A stretch of 64,000 nt of DNA from Rhodosorus marinus CCMP1338 (lineage: Eukaryota > Plantae > Rhodophyta). Within the stretch, counting starts at the first letter, position 1. Each line of letters begins with the position of its first letter. Below are positions 58,796 to 64,000 of the stretch, piece by piece. Under the pieces are notes generated by a model. It did no database searches. It was not told the DNA's origin and saw only the letters and a list, made by a program, of their open reading frames with translations. The stretch spans positions 744,001 through 808,000 of the forward strand of contig JAMWBK010000012.1 in the NCBI GenBank assembly GCA_029953675.1. Reading direction: 5' to 3'. The position numbers were made by a program, and so were the translations under genes.

Positions 58796-59051
58796 GAAAC
58801 CGCTTCATAAACCCTGCAGCGGCGAGATATCAAACCCGACCAGCCCCGCGCCGAGGCGGTCAGCTCCGACTGCATCAATCCGTGAAAACAATGTGAGTAA
58901 TGCCTGCATGATAACTGCCAAAGCGGTTTGCGCCAGAGTGTAACCAGGGGACTAGCAGTGTTCAGATATTCTACCCGAACGTCGCAAGAGATACAAGGAA
59001 AATTAGCCGAAGCCCTAAATACAGATCTCATGGGATCCAAGATACGTTCCT

Positions 59052-59127
59052 TCGCGTCCACTACACTCCGCTGGACATGGTCAGTCCTCTCGCGTCCACT
59101 ACACTCCGCTGGACATGGTCAGTCCTC
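59052..59127. repeat. Perfect 38-bp tandem duplication
   Basis: TCGCGTCCACTACACTCCGCTGGACATGGTCAGTCCTC x2. Confidence 0.95.
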
Positions 59128-61055
59128 TCCTCCGCAGTCGATCATCAAACGAAACAGAGCTTTTGGGAGGCAAAAGCAGCGCACATCTAAAATTTAACGA
59201 AATATATATATTCCAATCAACAAAATTACTCTGTTTACTTTGGGTTATTCTAAAATCATGATATTCATATTCTGAATGCGCTATGTTATTCCATATCTCA
59301 AGTTGTTTACAAGTTTATCAGGAATGTGATGGATTTCTAACCCTTTTTCAAGTAAATTTCAATGGTTTAAGCGCAACATCAGGCTGACGCTTTAGGTTGG
59401 GTCGATGACTACGCACTCCAGTGGATGAATCTGAAACTTGAAGCCTGTCACTGGTACTAGAGATTTCAATCATGGCTACGTCACCCTACTAGTTTCTTTT
59501 CATAACTATTCATGAGAACACTTGCTTGAGATGATGCAGCAAACGAACGAACAAAAGTCTCCGTTCTCAGACGGGATGAAATGTGCATCTATAGACTTCT
59601 TCCTTTGCTCGATTGGAAACCAGAGAAGCCCTTCGCGGCCTGAGGCGTGGAGCGAAGAGAGTGTGTTCAGTGTGTTCGACGTGGTCGATCTTTCTCATCC
59701 CGTCCCAACCTGCACTGATCGGCAGATAGTCTACATTGTCGATGGCCAGAAGCAGCACTTACAAGACCATCCGAACAGGGGGCTGGGGTCCGTATGCTCT
59801 ATTCAAAAAGCTGGAGGCTCTAGTACTCGGCTAAAAGCATATAAATCGATTCTTGAATGGATCCCGCTCCTGGTGAGTGGCTCCACAAACGAGAACCAAG
59901 TCCGTGTGCACATCGAAACTTATTGTACGCCTGCCACTATCCAAATTTTATGAAACACAATATTTCGATGAAAAAAGTTACATCTAATTATTTAATTAAT
60001 TCAATACAAACAATCCTCTATCTAATTTTTTCTGTCATACCTCAACCATGCAGCGTATCCGTCAATCTCCGAACCTTTACCATCTTAGTCGCTTATACAT
60101 GTGAGTCGACTGGCTTCTATTCAGTGCTCTTGTAGTCCCCCTACCAGAGGGCACAAAAGCCGAACCCTCGATAAAGACTGACCTCAGTCTTTATTATTTT
60201 CATCGTATACAGTAAACATATTACAAAATTATTTTCTTATACGAACAATACTAAAGTATTTTGTCGGACTTTATCGTAAAATACAGCCAGCATTCTGATT
60301 TTCTGCTTCCCAGATCGGGAGATCTCGACGTCTTCAAATTAGCAGCGATCTCCTGGCTAAATGAAGGCCCCTAAGCCACGATTGGCGGGGAAAAACACGC
60401 GTCAATTATATATTTGTCATCTGTTTAATATACACCAATTATCATCTAGCACGCGTCTTGTCAATAATTTTTTTCCGGCGATACAAACATTCGGCTGGTG
60501 ATGTTGGCGGTGACAGGAATAGCCATAAGGGGGGGGGGGGATGTTCGAGATGTGATGTATTTATTGTCTTTTGAAAACTTTATGTTCTTGAACTACTGTT
60601 TTTGTATGAATCGTCTTGGCCAAACCTGGATCCGCGAATATTACCGTGAGGATGAAAAAAAAAAAATTTGGGAAGATTCCTGGCCGTGGGAAACTCTGAA
60701 AGAAACAGGAGAATAGAAAGGGGGGGGGAGGTGAGGGGCTGTAAATTTTATTTTTTTCTGCTAAGCTGATTCTTGCTGAAGCGATGGGGTTCAGCGAGTA
60801 GATTTTAACTAAATGAGATTCTTTTTTGGGGGGTGGTTTGAGAGGCTCAGTGCGGAATTTTTTGGAGGTTTTGAGAGAAAGGGAATATTAGGTGTTTGGA
60901 GAGGACGCGGGGGGAGAAGCTAAGCAATTGGGGGAGGCACGGGACGTGGGGTGGTTTGCATTTGGACATTTAGAGAGAGAGAGAGAGAGAGTGAGAGAGA
61001 GCGGGGACCATTTTTTCTTCCTTTTCTTTTTGGACAAGATTTGTTTTACGAGAAG

Positions 61056-61847
61056 ATGGCTTTTATTGCTGGATCGTCATTCGCCGGAGCCTCAGTGAAG
61101 ACTGAGCGGGCAGTTTGCACAGGTGAGTAGGGGCATGGGGTTTTTGATTTTTTTGGGGCAGCATGTTGAAGTTCGGGTTTTGTTTTTGTTTTTCTGTTGT
61201 TTGTGGCCAGGACGGGCTGTGGTGAAGATGTCGTCTGATTCAGATGTGACCAGGCGACAGCTTCTTCTTGGCGCGCTTGCCGCGATGGTTCCTGCTGCGG
61301 CCCTTGCCAAGGGCGGAGATTCGCCCAAGTACTCAATCTTCGGTGGGGAATCCCAGTCCAGTCCGTTCGTTTACATGGATCAGAGGAAGGGAAACGCCGT
61401 CTACAAGGCTTTGAATGATGAGGAACTGGCTGAAATCACGAAGAATCTGGCTGTCAACCGCGCTCGACTTGAGGAAACCGCGGACTTCATTGATTTACCT
61501 AGTTGGGATGATGTCCGAAGCTTGGTTCGACTGTAAGAAGTGCCGCGTCGGAAACACCCTTTTATTCCCCAGTACCCAATCTCCAATAGTTTGCCTAACC
61601 ATAATCATGTTGCACACCACTCAGGGAAATGTACGACACAAGGCACAACGTCAAGAAGATCCATGAGAGCCTCGACGATCCGAAGAGGGTTGACAGGGCC
61701 GAGAAGGTGTATGCGCAGTTCAAGAAGGATATTGAGGCTCTTGACTACGCATGCGTGGTGAAGGACCAGGCCAAGGCGAAGAAGGCGAGAGCAGCTGCTC
61801 TGAAGTCTTTCGACTCATGGGTGTCAACCACCGGCGTTTCGATTTAA
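61056..61847 (+). CDS. psbQ: Photosystem II extrinsic protein PsbQ' (red-algal type); 3 exons
   Basis: Bipartite targeting (MAFIAG... then TRRQLL..AALA); mature GGDSPKYSIFGGESQSSPFVY, WDDVRSLVR, FKKDIEALDYAC, matching the red-algal PsbQ' pattern. Confidence 0.92.
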
Positions 61848-62115
61848 AATGTGTTAGAGTCGATTTTTCCTTGTGAGGACCCCACGGGAAAGCTAAAACA
61901 GATAAAGCCACGGAAAAACAGTTTAGAAAAGTAAAATGGAATACGAGTTCTCTTGCCGCATCGAAGAGGACGTTACGAACCAAGCTCCAAGACTTATCCA
62001 AAGCGCGAAAAAAGGGTTTTTCCCTTTCCCAGCGACAGAACAGTACTTGAGCACTACCATGAACTATATCATTAGGCGCAAGGGGGGGGGGGGAGGGGCA
62101 ACCCGCAAAGGCTAA

Positions 62116-63950
62116 ATGGCGCTGGAAGTACTTTCAAGGGAAGCTCTGGAAGGGAAATATATGGGGATCCGGATACATCTTCTACTGTGTCCACTTGTGT
62201 TCATTCTGCAAGGATGGATCAACCTTCGACAACCCGAGCCGTACATGGACGAGCTGTTTCACATCCCTCAGGCTCAGGCGTTCTGCAGCTGGAACTGGAG
62301 CTACGATGGCAATATCACGACTCCTCCAGGCGCTTATCTTCCGGTGGCAATGATCGGCTTTGCGATTAAGCAGGTTAATCCTGAAGCTGGTGAATGGGTA
62401 AGCGCTCAACGACAGTCCAGTCTACCTCAGAGCTCAAACTAATGTGCTAGTGGGTTTGTCGCGTCGCGGAAGGTATGCTCCACAGCCGGTCTCCGGCTCT
62501 GGAATATGTTCCTCTGGATTCTGCTCGTTGAGCAGTTGATCCTGCGAACGAAATCTGAAGCTACGGCGATCGCTCTCGCGCTCCACCCAGTCCTGTTGTT
62601 CTACTCCGCCCTGTTCTACACCGACCTGACGTCGCTACTGCTGTGCCTGACGGCCTGGGAGCTGTCGAGGAGAGAGAAACACGGCTACTCTGCACTCTTC
62701 AGCGCAGCCGCAACGCTGACGAGACAGAGTTCAGCGCTGTGGCACTTCTTCATTGCCGCAGAAGGAGCTTGTTGCATCGCATATAGTAAGGATCTGCCAA
62801 ACCACAGTACCTAACCATCGTCCAAGGCTGAAAACTGGCCATTGTCTTGAACAGATAATCCAACTGTTCGCTCGGAGTTCGGTTTCGACTACAAGTCGTT
62901 GCTTGGGGTCCTTCAGCGTCAACGCAGGTCTATTGCAGTGAATCTGTGGCCGCATATCGTCGTCGGTGTTGGCTATCCTATCGCAGCATTGGTCAACGGG
63001 GGTATCATGGTACGCCGCTAGTCGCGGTCGCGATGCAGAAGGCAACCCGAAAGGCTAGCTTTTGTTTCTAAATCGATCGGTTTACGTTCCTCTTGAAAAA
63101 GGTTGGCGATCAGGATCGACACGAAATGGTTCTGCACTTCCCGATGGTGGCCTACTTTGCTGTTTACTGGGTAGCGTTCACGACGCCGCTTCTCGGCTTC
63201 CTAAACCGCTATCACAGGTGCCTTAGAGAGCCCGTTGTGATGTCCTCCTTAATTTCCTTCCTGTTCCTCGCGTTCCTCAGCGCGATGTCCCTGTACTGCT
63301 GTTTCTACGTCCACCCGTTCGTCCTGGCGGATAACAGGCACTTCGTTTTCTACATCTATCGGGTACGTGACCTCGATGACAAGGCTCGTGTGCCTGTGGA
63401 TGAGGATGTGCCTGACCATCTGCCGGTCGTCCTTCCCACAGAAAATTTTGCTGAGAAGCAGTTGGTCAAAGTACGTCATGGTTCCGTTCATAGCGGTCAG
63501 TTCATCCTGTTTACTTCGGGACCTACAGATCGATACCTTTCGCATTGTACAAGACTTGTTTCCCGTCGTGGATGTGGCAGAGGTTCCAGCTGTTCCGAGA
63601 CGTAGAACTGCAGTACGGATGGTCTTTATCTTGACGCTGATTCTGGTTCTGGTTCCTTCAGGTTTGTCTTGAGAAGACCATTTCTCACAACGCGCTTCGT
63701 GGCTCGCTAAGCTTTCCCTGCAAACTATTCAGGACTAGTAGAGCCGCGGTATTTTATCACGCCTTTCATCTTCGGATCGCTTCTCGCCCTCGAAAGCGCA
63801 GACCAAGCAGAGCTCTTCGTCAAGAGCGCGGTTGCCGTGTCCGTGATGATCAGTGGAGCACTCTTCTACGTCTTCTTGGAGATGCCTTTCGATCGCGTGC
63901 TGGACGCTCACATGCCGAACGATCTGTCACCCGGACGATTCATGATCTGA
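62116..63950 (+). CDS. ALG10: Dol-P-Glc:Glc2Man9GlcNAc2-PP-Dol alpha-1,2-glucosyltransferase; multi-exon
   Basis: [75 protein letters not shown]. Confidence 0.92.
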
Positions 63951-64000
63951 GAGATAGAACCCGATCCTAGAGTACATTTGAAGCTTCGCTTCCACTTGCT

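Noticed and set aside
59567-59758. LLLAIDNVD, a Walker-B-like motif
   Set aside because: Preceded by an in-frame stop with no Walker A; the region may be a weak Gypsy integrase relic (AHFIP in another frame), but support is too low.

Overview
Eukaryotic nuclear DNA, most likely from a red alga: it carries a red-type psbQ' gene, 'MAF...' plastid transit peptides and short GT-AG introns (~50-110 nt). About 17-18 protein genes are recognisable: ABITRAM/FAM206A, a CIA30/HCF173-like SDR, PP1 inhibitor-3, an RFTS+bromodomain protein, an ATP synthase g-like protein, a TM RING-H2 ligase, cardiolipin synthase, RPA1, DCN1, a C2H2 zinc-finger protein, two intronless secreted proteins resembling bacterial families, a carotenoid oxygenase, a VTT/TVP38 protein, HAT1, RNR2, PsbQ' and ALG10. 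Genes are separated by AT-rich islands. Many intergenic stretches hold decayed retroelements: numerous 3' fragments of restriction-like-endonuclease (RLE) LINEs, Ty3/Gypsy RNaseH/integrase relics and one Ty1/Copia RT relic, densest at 39.7-45.7 kb. Highlights: (1) six alternating TCAGGGTGA/TCACCCTGA nonamers forming three regularly spaced inverted pairs in the CRD1/RPA1 divergent promoter; (2) an RFTS-bromodomain-Cys-motif protein with no methyltransferase domain; (3) an RPA70 lacking all four zinc-ribbon cysteines; (4) bacterial-like secreted proteins; (5) a ~135-180 bp degenerate satellite and an inverted integrase duplication. Family assignments come from recalled motifs, not database searches. 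Many exon boundaries and TE-relic limits are approximate. No rRNA, tRNA or CRISPR array was found by eye.
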